The translations under genes were made by a program, and so were the position numbers. Positions 1-9,951 of a stretch of DNA of 64,000 bases are shown piece after piece; the first letter of the stretch is position 1; every line of letters begins with the position of its first letter. Source of the stretch: Dehalococcoidia bacterium. GTDB lineage: Bacteria; Chloroflexota; Dehalococcoidia; Plut-88900. The DNA lies in the NCBI GenBank assembly GCA_965249275.1, contig CBDFLQ010000007.1:160001-224000 (forward strand). The letters run 5' to 3'. The notes under the pieces are model-generated. The model was not told where the DNA came from. It saw nothing but the letters and a program-made list of their open reading frames with translations, and searched no databases.

Positions 1-2
1 CC

Positions 3-638
3 CCTCCCCCCGACAAACAGACCGGCGCGGGCGTCGGAGCCCTGGCCCTCGTCGTCTTCCTTGCCTTCCTTCTGGCCCTCCCTGTCGCAAACCACCTCCT
101 CGACAACTTCCCCCTCGCCATCGCAGATAGCTTCTACCGCTCCGGGGCCCTTGTGTTTGGCGGCGGACACGTCGTCCTCCCCCTTCTTGAGGCAGAAGTC
201 GTCCCGACAGGCTGGGTGACCAAGGACGACTTCCTCGCCGGCTACGGTGCGGCCCAGGCCGTCCCGGGCCCTTTGTTCACATTCTCGGCCTACCTTGGCA
301 CTGCGACGGGAGTCCTGTCCCCGCGATGGCTTGGAGGCCTGCTGACCCTCGGCGCCATTTTCCTGCCATCGCTCTTGCTGGTCGTGGGCGTGCTTCCCTT
401 CTGGGAGCGGATACGAGGCTTCACACATGTCCGGGGTGCGCTGGTGGGCGTCAACGCTGCAGTCGTCGGCATCCTTCTGGCAGCCCTCTACGACCCCGTC
501 TGGACCAGCGCAATCACCTCCCCTCGGGATTTCGCCCTAGCCGCGGCCGCACTCGCACTTCTGGCCTTCTGGAAAGCTCCTCCTTGGTTGGTAGTCCTGT
601 TGACCGGCGGGGCCGGGGCCCTACTGAACCTGATGTAG
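3..638 (+). CDS. chrA: Chromate efflux transporter ChrA family, C-terminal part (5' end outside window)
   Basis: Frame open from position 3; CHR motifs FGGGHVVLPLL and GAAQAVPGPLFTFSAYLG; hydrophobic helices. Confidence 0.9.
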   Translation, partial: PPPDKQTGAGVGALALVVFLAFLLALPVANHLLDNFPLAIADSFYRSGALVFGGGHVVLPLLEAEVVPTGWVTKDDFLAGYGAAQAVPGPLFTFSAYLGTATGVLSPRWLGGLLTLGAIFLPSLLLVVGVLPFWERIRGFTHVRGALVGVNAAVVGILLAALYDPVWTSAITSPRDFALAAAALALLAFWKAPPWLVVLLTGGAGALLNLM

Positions 639-679
639 GACTCTTTAGCCGTGTTCCGTGTTTGCGGCGTCTCCGCAAA

Positions 680-708
680 TTGACCCCTAAAATCAAGGGT
701 GCTATCCT
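680..708 (+). promoter_or_regulatory. Putative sigma70 promoter
   Basis: TTGACC(680-685)-N17-TATCCT(703-708) with TG extension, upstream of the GTG at 755. Confidence 0.5.
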
Positions 709-754
709 CAATCCCAACTTCGTGCCGGACGCCCGAGTCCGAAGGAGGACGCCC

Positions 755-973
755 GTGTACACACTGATTAGGTCCCTGCCCCTGCGCTCGCTTCTGACCG
801 CCCAGACTCCGGCTTTGGCTGCCTCCTGGATTATCGCTGAACTCCTTTACAAGTTCGGCAGCTTCACGTTGGAGCTTTCCGCCTTCTTCGCCACCTGGTT
901 TGTCATAGACACCGTTCTATCCTTCGCGCTCCGCTTCTTTTCTAAGCGAAAGACCGGCGACTCCCAAGCCTGA
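755..973 (+). CDS. Small hypothetical membrane protein (72 aa)
   Basis: GTG start after AAGGAGG RBS; 3' part of ORF 326..973; two hydrophobic segments around IAELLYKFGSFTLE. Confidence 0.7.
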   Translation: MYTLIRSLPLRSLLTAQTPALAASWIIAELLYKFGSFTLELSAFFATWFVIDTVLSFALRFFSKRKTGDSQA

Positions 974-1021
974 TTCCCTACGCTCCCTTCAAATTAATCT
1001 CATCGGCTCTGGAGGACTTGA

Positions 1022-4000
1022 ATGGCCTTTGACCAGTCCCTCCTTCGCACCATGGAGTGGCGGTGCATAGGCCCGCCACGCGGCGGCCGAGTCGTCGCCG
1101 TTACCGGTGACCCCGCCGACCCCATGACCTTCTACTTCGGCGCTTGCGCCGGAGGCGTCTGGAAGTCCGACGATGGCGGCGCATACTGGCAAAACGTCTC
1201 CGACGGCTATTTCAAGACCGCTGCCGTCGGCGCAATGGCAGTCGCCGAGTCGGACCCCAACGTCGTCTACGCCGGCATGGGCGAGGCTTGCATCCGCACC
1301 GACGTCTCCCACGGCGACGGCGTCTACCGCTCCTCAGACGCGGGCCGCTCCTGGTCGAATATCGGCCTGCACAACACCCGACACATATCCCGAGTTCGTG
1401 TCCACCCAACCAACCCTGACCTGGTCTACGTCGCCGCCCTCGGCCACGCATGGGGCCCCAACCCCGAGCGCGGCATCTTCCATTCCTCCGACGGCGGTCA
1501 GACATGGGAGCACGTCCTTTACAAGAACGATATCACCGGCGCTGCAGACCTTTCTCTCGACCCGAACAACCCTCGGATAATGTTCGCCGCCCTCTGGCAA
1601 GTCCAGCGTTATCCCTGGGCATTGTCGAGCGGTGGCCCGGGCAGCGGCATCCACCGTTCGACCGACGGCGGACTTACCTGGCAGGATGTCACCCGTCACC
1701 CCGGCCTCCCCGAAGGCATCATGGGCCGCATAGGCATCGCCGTATCCGCCGCCAAGCCTGGCCGGCTCTGGGCCACCATCGAGTCCGAAGACGCAGGCCT
1801 CTTCCGCTCCGACGATTACGGCGACACCTGGTCCCTCGTCAGCGATAACCGAGACCTCCAGGGCAGGCCCTGGTACTACCAGCACGTCTTCGCCGACACC
1901 AAGGACCCCGACTCCCTCTGGATTCTCAACTACAAGACCTGGAAATCCATCGACGGCGGTGCGAACTTCTTCGAGGTCACGACCCCCCACGACGACAACC
2001 ACGACCTCTGGATCGACCCTCAAAACCCCCTCCGCATGATCGAGGGTAACGACGGCGGTGCTTGCGTATCTTTCAATGGTGGTGAGACCTGGTCTTCCAT
2101 CTACAACCAGATGACCGCTCAGTTCTATCACGTCACCACCGACAAACGGACCCCATATCGTGTCTACGGTACCCAGCAGGACAACACTTCCGTCAGCGTC
2201 CCTTCCCGCAACAGGAAGGGCGCGATCACTTGGGAAGAGTGCCGCGTCGTCGGTTCGGGTGAAAGCGGCCACATCGCCGTACACCCCGACAACCCGAACG
2301 TCGTCTTCGCTGGCGCCATCGGCAGCTCTCCCGGCGGTGGTGGCAACCTCCTCCGCTACGACTACGCCGCCGACCAGACCCGCATCATCACCGTCTGGCC
2401 CGAGCTATACACCGGCCTCGGCGCGAAGGAGATGAAGTACCGCTTCCAGTGGACCTATCCCATCTCATTCTCCCCCCACGACTCCGACACCCTCTACGTC
2501 GCCGGTAATCGCCTTTTCGCCTCCCGAGACCAGGGCCAAAGCTGGCAGGTCATCAGCCCCGACCTCACCCGTGACGACCCTTCCACACAGGAACCCTCCG
2601 GCGGCCCCATAACCAAGGACACCTCAGGGGCCGAGGTCTACGGCACCATATTCGCCTTCGCCGAGTCCCCCGTCGAGCCCGGTCTCTTCTGGGCAGGCTC
2701 CGACGACGGCCTCATCCACGTCTCCCGGGGTGGTGGGCATTTCTGGACCAATGTCACCCCTAAAGGACTGCCCGATTGGGCCCTCGTCTGCAACATAGAG
2801 CCTTCATGTCATGACCCCGCCGTAGCCTATATCTGTGCCACCCGCTACCGTCTCGACGACACCCGTCCCTATCTCTTCCGGACCGCCGACTACGGGCAGA
2901 CCTGGACGCCTATCGTCGATGGCATTCCGGTTGACGACTTCACCCGCGTCCTGAAGGAAGACCCGGAACAACCCGGCCTCATATACGCCGGCACCGAGAC
3001 CTCTATCTACTTCTCTGCTGACAACGGCGATAGCTGGCACCCCCTTTCCGCCAACCTTCCCAGCGTCCCCGTCTATGACATCACAGTGCAGGGCAACGAA
3101 ATGGCCGTCGCCAGTCACGGTCGCGGCTTCTGGATTCTCGACGACCTCCACCTCCTCCGCCAACTCGCCGAGTTTGAAGACTCCGGCATAACACACCTCT
3201 TCGCATCTAAGGACACCCTCAGGATGCCCGGCCCCAAGGAGACCAGCGGCAAGGCCACGGCGGGCGTTTCCACCTCCGTGGGCAAGAAGTACCGCATCGC
3301 CCTCGAGACCCCCGCCACCTACTTCGAGACTCCTCGACCAGGGCTAAAGCCCCGACGCGTTTTCCTAAATGCCGGCCAGAACCCCGAGGAAGGCGTCGCC
3401 TTCGACTACTTCCTCGAAAGCGCTGCCCAGTCCGCATCCTTAAGTATTCTCGACAGCCAGGATCGCGTCGCCGTCTCCTGCACCCCGGATTCCGAAGACA
3501 CATCCCTCCCCACAGCCCAGGGCATCAACCGCTTCGTCTGGGACATGCACTATCCTCCCGGCATCAAGCTCCCCGGTGACAAGACCACCGAGGACGATGT
3601 CGCTTCCGGCCCCCTCGCCCCTCCCGGCCTCTACAAGGTGCGCCTAAATATCGATGGCGCTTTGCATGAGGAACAGTTCCGCATTGTCAAAGACCCCAAC
3701 TCCGCGGTAACCGACGACGATCTAGTTGCCCAGTTCGACCTCCTCATGCAGGTCCACGCCAAAGTCTCCGAGACCCATCTTGGACTCATCAGGCTCCGCA
3801 GCATCACTGACCAGATCACCCGGTGGCGGGAGCGGGCTCTGGGTATGGGCGCCGAGGAAGCCGTGTCCACCGCCGACGAAATATTGGAAACCCTTGGCAA
3901 TGTCGAAGAACAGCTCGTCCAGACCCGATTCAAGGGCGCAAGAGACCGCCTACACTATCCTGTCCGACTCAATAAGAAACTCTCTGAGCTTACAAAGGTC

Positions 4001-4183
4001 GTTGGCGCAGGCGACTACCCTCCCACCGACCAGGCCCGAGCCGTCTTCTTAGATATCTCCGATCGCATCGATCAACATCTGGTCCGGTTGGATGAAACCA
4101 TCCTGACCGGTGTCGCCAAGTTCAATGATCAAGTGGGTTCGCTGGGTTTAATCCCCGTGGATGTGAGCCCCAGCCAGCCTTGA
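1022..4183 (+). CDS. BNR/Asp-box repeat beta-propeller protein (VPS10/sortilin-like, glycosyl-hydrolase-like), no signal peptide
   Basis: Many SxDGGxTW Asp-box repeats; WRCIGPPRGGRV N-terminus; GGAGG RBS; 1053 aa. Confidence 0.85.
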   Translation: MAFDQSLLRTMEWRCIGPPRGGRVVAVTGDPADPMTFYFGACAGGVWKSDDGGAYWQNVSDGYFKTAAVGAMAVAESDPNVVYAGMGEACIRTDVSHGDGVYRSSDAGRSWSNIGLHNTRHISRVRVHPTNPDLVYVAALGHAWGPNPERGIFHSSDGGQTWEHVLYKNDITGAADLSLDPNNPRIMFAALWQVQRYPWALSSGGPGSGIHRSTDGGLTWQDVTRHPGLPEGIMGRIGIAVSAAKPGRLWATIESEDAGLFRSDDYGDTWSLVSDNRDLQGRPWYYQHVFADTKDPDSLWILNYKTWKSIDGGANFFEVTTPHDDNHDLWIDPQNPLRMIEGNDGGACVSFNGGETWSSIYNQMTAQFYHVTTDKRTPYRVYGTQQDNTSVSVPSRNRKGAITWEECRVVGSGESGHIAVHPDNPNVVFAGAIGSSPGGGGNLLRYDYAADQTRIITVWPELYTGLGAKEMKYRFQWTYPISFSPHDSDTLYVAGNRLFASRDQGQSWQVISPDLTRDDPSTQEPSGGPITKDTSGAEVYGTIFAFAESPVEPGLFWAGSDDGLIHVSRGGGHFWTNVTPKGLPDWALVCNIEPSCHDPAVAYICATRYRLDDTRPYLFRTADYGQTWTPIVDGIPVDDFTRVLKEDPEQPGLIYAGTETSIYFSADNGDSWHPLSANLPSVPVYDITVQGNEMAVASHGRGFWILDDLHLLRQLAEFEDSGITHLFASKDTLRMPGPKETSGKATAGVSTSVGKKYRIALETPATYFETPRPGLKPRRVFLNAGQNPEEGVAFDYFLESAAQSASLSILDSQDRVAVSCTPDSEDTSLPTAQGINRFVWDMHYPPGIKLPGDKTTEDDVASGPLAPPGLYKVRLNIDGALHEEQFRIVKDPNSAVTDDDLVAQFDLLMQVHAKVSETHLGLIRLRSITDQITRWRERALGMGAEEAVSTADEILETLGNVEEQLVQTRFKGARDRLHYPVRLNKKLSELTKVVGAGDYPPTDQARAVFLDISDRIDQHLVRLDETILTGVAKFNDQVGSLGLIPVDVSPSQP

Positions 4184-4205
4184 GACTCGACATAAGGAGC
4201 GTAAA

Positions 4206-5342
4206 GTGCCGGAACAAACCCGACAACCCCTCGCCAACATCCAACGTCTGAAAGAGCACATGGCCGCCGAGGGCCTCGCCGCCGTCGTAGCACGGTCCGG
4301 CAAGAACTTCGCATACCTCTCAGGCGTCGCCTTCCCCGGCACCCTCGCCCGGCACCTTGACCTCGCAGACTCCCCCAGAGATGTCTTTTGCATCTGGCCC
4401 CTCGAAGGCGACCCCGTAATTATTATCAGCGCCCTCGGTGTTCCCGTCGTCGAACGAGATTCCTGGGTGACCAGGCTGGAGGTCGTCCAGGACTACGTCG
4501 AATCACCCCGCCAAAAGCTCGCCGCCGTGCTCACCGACATGGGCGTAGCCGACGCCAAGATCGGCATGGAAGCGTCCTACGTCAACGCTGCCCGCTGGGC
4601 CGAAATGCAGTCCCTCCTCCCCAACGCCGACTTCGTCGACTGCACGTCCCTCATGAACTCAGTGCGCTGGATCAAGACCGACGCAGAGGTCGCACTCCTT
4701 AAAGAAGCCGCCGACATCCAGGACGACGCCCACCTCGAAGTCTTCCCAACCATCCGTCCCGGCGACCGTGAGCGTGACGTCCACAGCCGTTTCATGAAGA
4801 GCCACTTAGAAAGGGGCTGCCATTTCGTCCACGGCGTCCTCACCTCTCATCGCAACACCTCCATGTACCTCGGCGAAAGCGACCTTGTCATTCAGGCCGG
4901 CGACATCATCCGCACCGACTACGTTTCCTACCTCCACGGCTACCCCGGCCACCAGTCCCGCATGGCCGTAGTCGGCCAACCCTCCCCCGACCAATCCCGC
5001 ACCTACGCCGAATACCGGGACATCTACCTGAAACTCATCGAAAAATGCACCATAGGCACCAAGGTCAGCGAGCTTTACTTCTTCGGCAGGGAGATGCTTT
5101 TGGCCAAGGGTTTCCCGCACAACCCCGCCTCGTTCGTTGGGCACAGCGTCGGTAGCTGGTGGCACCAGCAGGAGCCCTTCCTGGTCAAGGGTTGGGACGT
5201 AGAGATCGCCGAGAACATGGTCCTCGCCATCGAGCCCTACGTCGACTACTGGCACCTCCAGGACATGGTCCACATCACCAAAGACGGCCCCCAAATCCTC
5301 TCCAACCGCTTCGACACCTCTAGCCTTTTTGTCACACAATAG
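4206..5342 (+). CDS. M24 (Xaa-Pro peptidase/creatinase-fold) hydrolase
   Basis: Creatinase-N-like region, R-x-IKTDAEV, GHSVG and LAIEP motifs; AAGGAG RBS. Confidence 0.8.
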   Translation: MPEQTRQPLANIQRLKEHMAAEGLAAVVARSGKNFAYLSGVAFPGTLARHLDLADSPRDVFCIWPLEGDPVIIISALGVPVVERDSWVTRLEVVQDYVESPRQKLAAVLTDMGVADAKIGMEASYVNAARWAEMQSLLPNADFVDCTSLMNSVRWIKTDAEVALLKEAADIQDDAHLEVFPTIRPGDRERDVHSRFMKSHLERGCHFVHGVLTSHRNTSMYLGESDLVIQAGDIIRTDYVSYLHGYPGHQSRMAVVGQPSPDQSRTYAEYRDIYLKLIEKCTIGTKVSELYFFGREMLLAKGFPHNPASFVGHSVGSWWHQQEPFLVKGWDVEIAENMVLAIEPYVDYWHLQDMVHITKDGPQILSNRFDTSSLFVTQ

Positions 5343-5405
5343 TTCTCCATTGGGTCGCTTGGTTATAGTATAATTGTGGCAGTTGCACCTATTTGGGAGC
5401 GCACA

Positions 5406-5960
5406 ATGGTTGAAACCAAACTCCACAACCTAACTTACGAGGACTATCTCAAGACTCCCGACGATGAGCGGTGGGAACTCCTCAACGGAGAATTGTTGAT
5501 GGTAGCGAGTCCCAACACCGCTCACCAGATCGTGACGGGAAATCTATATTGGCATTTGCGCGCATTCGTAGATAAGAGGGGTTTGGGCAGGGTCTTCGTC
5601 GCCCCGTATGATGTCGTTCTTTCTTCCCATAACGTACTCCAGCCCGATGTCCTGTTTATACCTGAAGAGCAGCAATCACTTATCACCGCCGAAAATGTGA
5701 AGGGCTCGCCCGCACTGGTTGTTGAGGTGATTTCACCTTCTTCCGGGGCCCGAGACCGGGAAATCAAGCGGCGCATTTACGCTCAGCAAGGAGTTGGAGA
5801 GTACTGGCTGGTGGATCCTGTCGCATACACCCTCTCCGTCATGGTTCTGCAAGGTGAGCAGTTTCGGCAAGTGGGTGTGTACGGCCCGGAGGATGTCCTT
5901 ACTTCTCCGGCGCTGCCGGGGCTCGCCCTTGAGGGTCGGGATATTTTCGCGGATGTCTGA
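5406..5960 (+). CDS. Uma2 (DUF820) family putative endonuclease
   Basis: LTYEDY...WELLNGEL, QPDV, LVVEVISPS, GVGEYWLVDP motifs; ATG 5406 after GGGAG; TATAAT at 5369-5374. Confidence 0.9.
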   Translation: MVETKLHNLTYEDYLKTPDDERWELLNGELLMVASPNTAHQIVTGNLYWHLRAFVDKRGLGRVFVAPYDVVLSSHNVLQPDVLFIPEEQQSLITAENVKGSPALVVEVISPSSGARDREIKRRIYAQQGVGEYWLVDPVAYTLSVMVLQGEQFRQVGVYGPEDVLTSPALPGLALEGRDIFADV

Positions 5961-5987
5961 CCGTCCTGCGGCAACCGGATAGTGAGG

Positions 5988-7268
5988 CTAAGAAAACTCC
6001 AACGCCTCCGCTGCCACCAACTCCCCGATCTCCTCTTCACTCAACCCCGCGAACTCCTTCAGTACCATCTCGCTGTGCTCCCCGACCAACGCCTGCGCCC
6101 ATCTCAGCTTACCCGGCGTCTTAGACAGCGTAAACTGCAGCCCGTCGTAGGGCATGGGCCCGCACTCCGTGTGCTCCAGCATCTGGTAGAAGCCGAGATG
6201 CGCCAGCTGTGGGTCGTTCCACAGCTCCGACTGGCTCTGCACCACCCCCGCCGGGACCCCCGCCCCTTGCAGCATCTCCATCAGCGCCCGTGACTCGAAC
6301 CCCGACGTCCACCCCGAGACTATCTCGTCCAAGGCCGCAGAGTTCTCCAACCGCTTCCCCATCGACTCAAATCTTGGCTCGACCTTCAGCTCCGGCGTCC
6401 CCATCGACTCACACAGCGCCCTCCACTCCTCCTCCGAGGTCACCGCAATCGCGCACCAGTGCCCGCCTTTGCGTATAGGCGTCTCAGGCTCGTTTTCGGG
6501 CGCGGCACAGGGATAGATCCCGTGGGGAGCATACGCCTCGTCACTGTTGCCATTTCTGCGCATCACACGGCCTGTTGCCTGGTAGTCGAGCGCCAGCGGC
6601 GAAAGATACTGAATTGCACACTCGAATTGGGCGAGATCTATGTGCTGTCCCTTCCCCGTCCGATCCCTGTATAGGAGCGCCGCCAAAATCGCCGCTGCCC
6701 CGTTAGGCGGATTGATGAAATCGCTGTAGGCGCCGTATGGAGGCAGTGGTCCATGGTCTGGCCATCCCGTCAGGTGATAGAAACCCGCATGCGCCGCCGC
6801 CTGCATCCCAAACCCCGCAAACGCCGACTTGGGCCCCGTCTGGCCCTGCTGGCAGGCGCTGAACAGGATGATGTCTTCCTTGATCTTCTTCAAGGTTTCA
6901 TAGTCCAGGCCCCACCTTTTCTTGACGACCGGGGTGAAGCTCTCCGCCACCACGTCGGGCTGCCACTCCTTAACCAGCCTTCGAATCAGGTCTTGAGACT
7001 CGGGTTTCGACATGTTCAGCCCCAGCCCGTATTTGCTCGTGTTGTAAATTGCGGGAAACTGGCTGCTGTTTATGCTTGATATTCCGTCCTTGCACGGCGG
7101 TGCCGCACGGAGGTCGTCCCGCCGGGTCACCGACTCCACCCTGACAACCGTGGCCCCGTTGTCTGCCAGGTATTTGATGGTTATCGGCCCGACCGCCACC
7201 CACGTGAAGTCCAGCACCTTCAGACCTTCAAGGGCCATCCCCTTTCCCGTGTCCAGTCCAGCGCTCAA
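5988..7268 (-). CDS. Class III CoA-transferase (CaiB/BaiF family)
   Basis: LEGLKVLDFTW, GATVVRVES, DVVAESF motifs; Asp at the presumed catalytic position (YSDF). Confidence 0.9.
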   Translation of the reverse strand: MSAGLDTGKGMALEGLKVLDFTWVAVGPITIKYLADNGATVVRVESVTRRDDLRAAPPCKDGISSINSSQFPAIYNTSKYGLGLNMSKPESQDLIRRLVKEWQPDVVAESFTPVVKKRWGLDYETLKKIKEDIILFSACQQGQTGPKSAFAGFGMQAAAHAGFYHLTGWPDHGPLPPYGAYSDFINPPNGAAAILAALLYRDRTGKGQHIDLAQFECAIQYLSPLALDYQATGRVMRRNGNSDEAYAPHGIYPCAAPENEPETPIRKGGHWCAIAVTSEEEWRALCESMGTPELKVEPRFESMGKRLENSAALDEIVSGWTSGFESRALMEMLQGAGVPAGVVQSQSELWNDPQLAHLGFYQMLEHTECGPMPYDGLQFTLSKTPGKLRWAQALVGEHSEMVLKEFAGLSEEEIGELVAAEALEFS

Positions 7269-7269
7269 C

Positions 7270-8520
7270 TTATATCACCCCCGACTCTTTCATCGACTCG
7301 AATTCCTCATCCCCCAACCCCAACTCATCAACGAACACCTCACGATTGTGCTCCCCCACCCCCGGCGCCCGACGCCTGAACGAGATCGGGCACTCCGGCA
7401 TCGAGATGTACCGCCCCGCATATTTGAGAGGTTGGTCGTGGCACGGCGTATCTGCCTTCAGCCAGTACCCCCGGGCCCGTAGCTGTACGTCCCCCAGCAC
7501 GTCATCGATGGCATTGCATGGTGCCAATAGCACCTTTTCCTGGATCGACCTGTCGAAGAGTTCCTCTCGGGTCTTTGTCATGAAGAACCGGCGGATATAC
7601 TCCGTAACTGTGTTGATTTCCTGCTGCTCTTTCTCCCCCGGCACCGCCTCCTCATCCCATCCTCCCCACTTCTCCCAGTCCATTTCCTTCATTAGATCAG
7701 GGGCGAAGCCCTCTTCATCCATCCACCGCACCAACCCTTCCATACGGAACCCGTGCATCCCGCCCGCCAACGTGTAGCTCACGTATCCGTCCTTGCACGG
7801 AAAGATGGCCAAAACGTCCAGGTCGCCATTCTTGTTGTAGGCCCCGTTCCGCTCGACGTTGTACCCCTCCAGTTGCGGAAACTGGCTCGCATTCATCATC
7901 GTCCAGAACACCGACACCTGCGTAGAAACCTCAACTACCTGCCCCTCCCCGCCACTATGAGCTTTCCATAAAGCACACATCGACCCAACCGCCGCCTGCG
8001 CCCCTGCGTGGAGTTCCGCCTGCGGAAACGATATCCGAACGGGCGGACGGTCGGGTTCGCCGCTGATGTAGGCCATCCCACCCATCGCCCAGGAGACGAG
8101 GTCAGTCGCCTTGTACTTCGCATGTGGCCCCGACTCCCCAAACGGCGTCATCGACGCAACGACCAACCTGGGGTTGACCCTACTCAACTCCTCGTAACCC
8201 AGCCCCACCGACTCCATGTAGTCCAGCCCCCAGGACTGCACTAGGAAGTCCGTGTCGGCTGCCAACCTCTTCAGCAGATCTGCCCCTTCGGGCTTGGTGA
8301 TGTCCAAGGTGATTCCCCGCTTGTTGAAGCAGTACGTCTCCCAGTACCAGCTCCGGTCGGGCTGCTCTTGGCCCGGATATAGGGGCCAGTGGTAACGCGT
8401 TGGGCTTCCGCCCGGGGGCTCGACCTTTATCACGTCGGCTCCGAGGTCGGCCAGCACCTTCCCGCACCAGTTGTAGCCGCCCTCGGTCAGGTCCAGAGCC
8501 CTGTACAGCCCGAGAGCCAT
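7270..8520 (-). CDS. Class III CoA-transferase (CaiB/BaiF family), partner subunit
   Basis: LADLGADVIKVEPPGG, NKRGITLD, APGVGEHN motifs; ATG 8520 after GGGAG; adjacent to the downstream paralog. Confidence 0.88.
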   Translation of the reverse strand: MALGLYRALDLTEGGYNWCGKVLADLGADVIKVEPPGGSPTRYHWPLYPGQEQPDRSWYWETYCFNKRGITLDITKPEGADLLKRLAADTDFLVQSWGLDYMESVGLGYEELSRVNPRLVVASMTPFGESGPHAKYKATDLVSWAMGGMAYISGEPDRPPVRISFPQAELHAGAQAAVGSMCALWKAHSGGEGQVVEVSTQVSVFWTMMNASQFPQLEGYNVERNGAYNKNGDLDVLAIFPCKDGYVSYTLAGGMHGFRMEGLVRWMDEEGFAPDLMKEMDWEKWGGWDEEAVPGEKEQQEINTVTEYIRRFFMTKTREELFDRSIQEKVLLAPCNAIDDVLGDVQLRARGYWLKADTPCHDQPLKYAGRYISMPECPISFRRRAPGVGEHNREVFVDELGLGDEEFESMKESGVI

Positions 8521-8696
8521 CGACTCCCTGTCAAATCCCATTCGCTTTCCGACACTCCAGCGTCCGATTTCGGCGGTTAGTATATACCCTATCCCACCCC
8601 TCATCCCGCCCACCCCTCGCCCTCCCTCCCCTTTCCCGCGACACGGGCCGAAGTTTCGCCGTGGCGTGAATCCATCCTCCAACCTCCCGTCATTCC

Positions 8697-9752
8697 TGTA
8701 GATGTCAGGTAATTCGTTGACAGAATTAGAGAGATTTAAGGGTTTGCAAAGGGGTCTTTCCGTCCATTGCCTGGTGGGGTCTCTGAGTATTGTAGTAGAT
8801 CAGGTATTGCTGAAGCTCGTCCTTCAGTTCCGAGACCGATTCGAAGGTTGTCCCCTCCAGCAGGTCCTCGTTCAAGGTTCTCCAGAACCGTTCTATCTTC
8901 CCGTTGGTCTGGGGCCTATAAGGGCGGGTGTAGCGGTGCTTTATGCCCAGTTCATTGAGCATGCGTTCCATAGGGTGGCCCTGGGTGTTCCTTGGGGAGG
9001 CCATCTCGGGGCCGTTGTCGGTGAGGATAGCCTCGAATTGGATGCCGTACTCCACGTTAAGGAAATTGATGGACTTCAGAGTAGCCAACATCACGGAGAG
9101 ACTCTTGATGTCTCCAACCACTTCGGCCCAGGCCAGACGGGTGAAGGCGTCGATGAGGGCCACGAGGTAGTAGCGGTGCTTAGTGCCCACGATGGTATCC
9201 CGGCTGAGGTAGTGGCTGTCCAGGTGGCCCAGCTCTCCTGCCCGGGTCTTGATGATCTTGCGCTTCGACTGCTGCATCGGCTTTGTGAGCCTATTGAAAC
9301 CGTGGCGTCTGGTGATGGCGTAGATGGTGGAGGGCTTAGGGGTGTTGTGTTTAAGGATGGGTTTGAGTATGGCATAGATCTCGTAACGGTTGGTACCGTT
9401 AAGGCGCTCGTTGATGACCTTCTGCTCAATGTAGGGCAGGGTGCGGCGGGACTTCCACCCGGGACCCCGCTTACGGGGGAGGAAGGCGTTGTCGGAGGGG
9501 GAGAGGAGGAACCGGTTGTAGTACTTGGCGAAGGTCTGACGGCTAGTGCCGTGGAAGGAGTAGAAGTCCTGGGCGAAGCGGAAACGGGGATGCTTCCCTG
9601 CCTTGACCAGTTGATACTCATGGATGAGGAACCGCCACTTCTGAATGTAGTTCCGTTCAAGGGTGAGGTCCTTGCTATTGTCTCGCATTCTCGCCTCCAG
9701 ATTGGTGTTGGCCTCTTATACCAATCTGTCAACGAATTACCTAACACTTACA
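8697..9752 (-). mobile_element. IS481-family insertion sequence
   Basis: 28-bp imperfect terminal IRs TGTAGATGTCAGGTAATTCGTTGACAGA / TCTGTCAACGAATTACCTAACACTTACA; 5-bp TSD ATTCC (8692-8696, 9753-9757). Confidence 0.9.
8726..9688 (-). CDS. IS481-family DDE transposase (integrase core)
   Basis: LTDNGPEM, RPYRPQTNGKIERFWRTL, YYNTQRPHQAM motifs. Confidence 0.92.
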   Translation of the reverse strand: MRDNSKDLTLERNYIQKWRFLIHEYQLVKAGKHPRFRFAQDFYSFHGTSRQTFAKYYNRFLLSPSDNAFLPRKRGPGWKSRRTLPYIEQKVINERLNGTNRYEIYAILKPILKHNTPKPSTIYAITRRHGFNRLTKPMQQSKRKIIKTRAGELGHLDSHYLSRDTIVGTKHRYYLVALIDAFTRLAWAEVVGDIKSLSVMLATLKSINFLNVEYGIQFEAILTDNGPEMASPRNTQGHPMERMLNELGIKHRYTRPYRPQTNGKIERFWRTLNEDLLEGTTFESVSELKDELQQYLIYYNTQRPHQAMDGKTPLQTLKSL

Positions 9753-9951
9753 ATTCCCGTGCCTCGACACGGGAATCCATTCCCCTGGAGGGGCCGCTCA
9801 CCCTGAGCAGAGTCGAAGGGTCGAGCGGGGGGTGGCCCTGCAACGCCAATCCGTCATGGTTTCTCGACGCCACTCCTCCCGATACCCCTCAGCCCACCCC
9901 TCCCCATGTTATATACTCTCCTACACAACCCCCAACAGGAGACCCCCGACT

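Noticed and set aside
5406-5960. Defence system around Uma2
   Set aside because: Stand-alone gene with no partner methylase or other defence genes; such genes are commonly multicopy in this kind of genome
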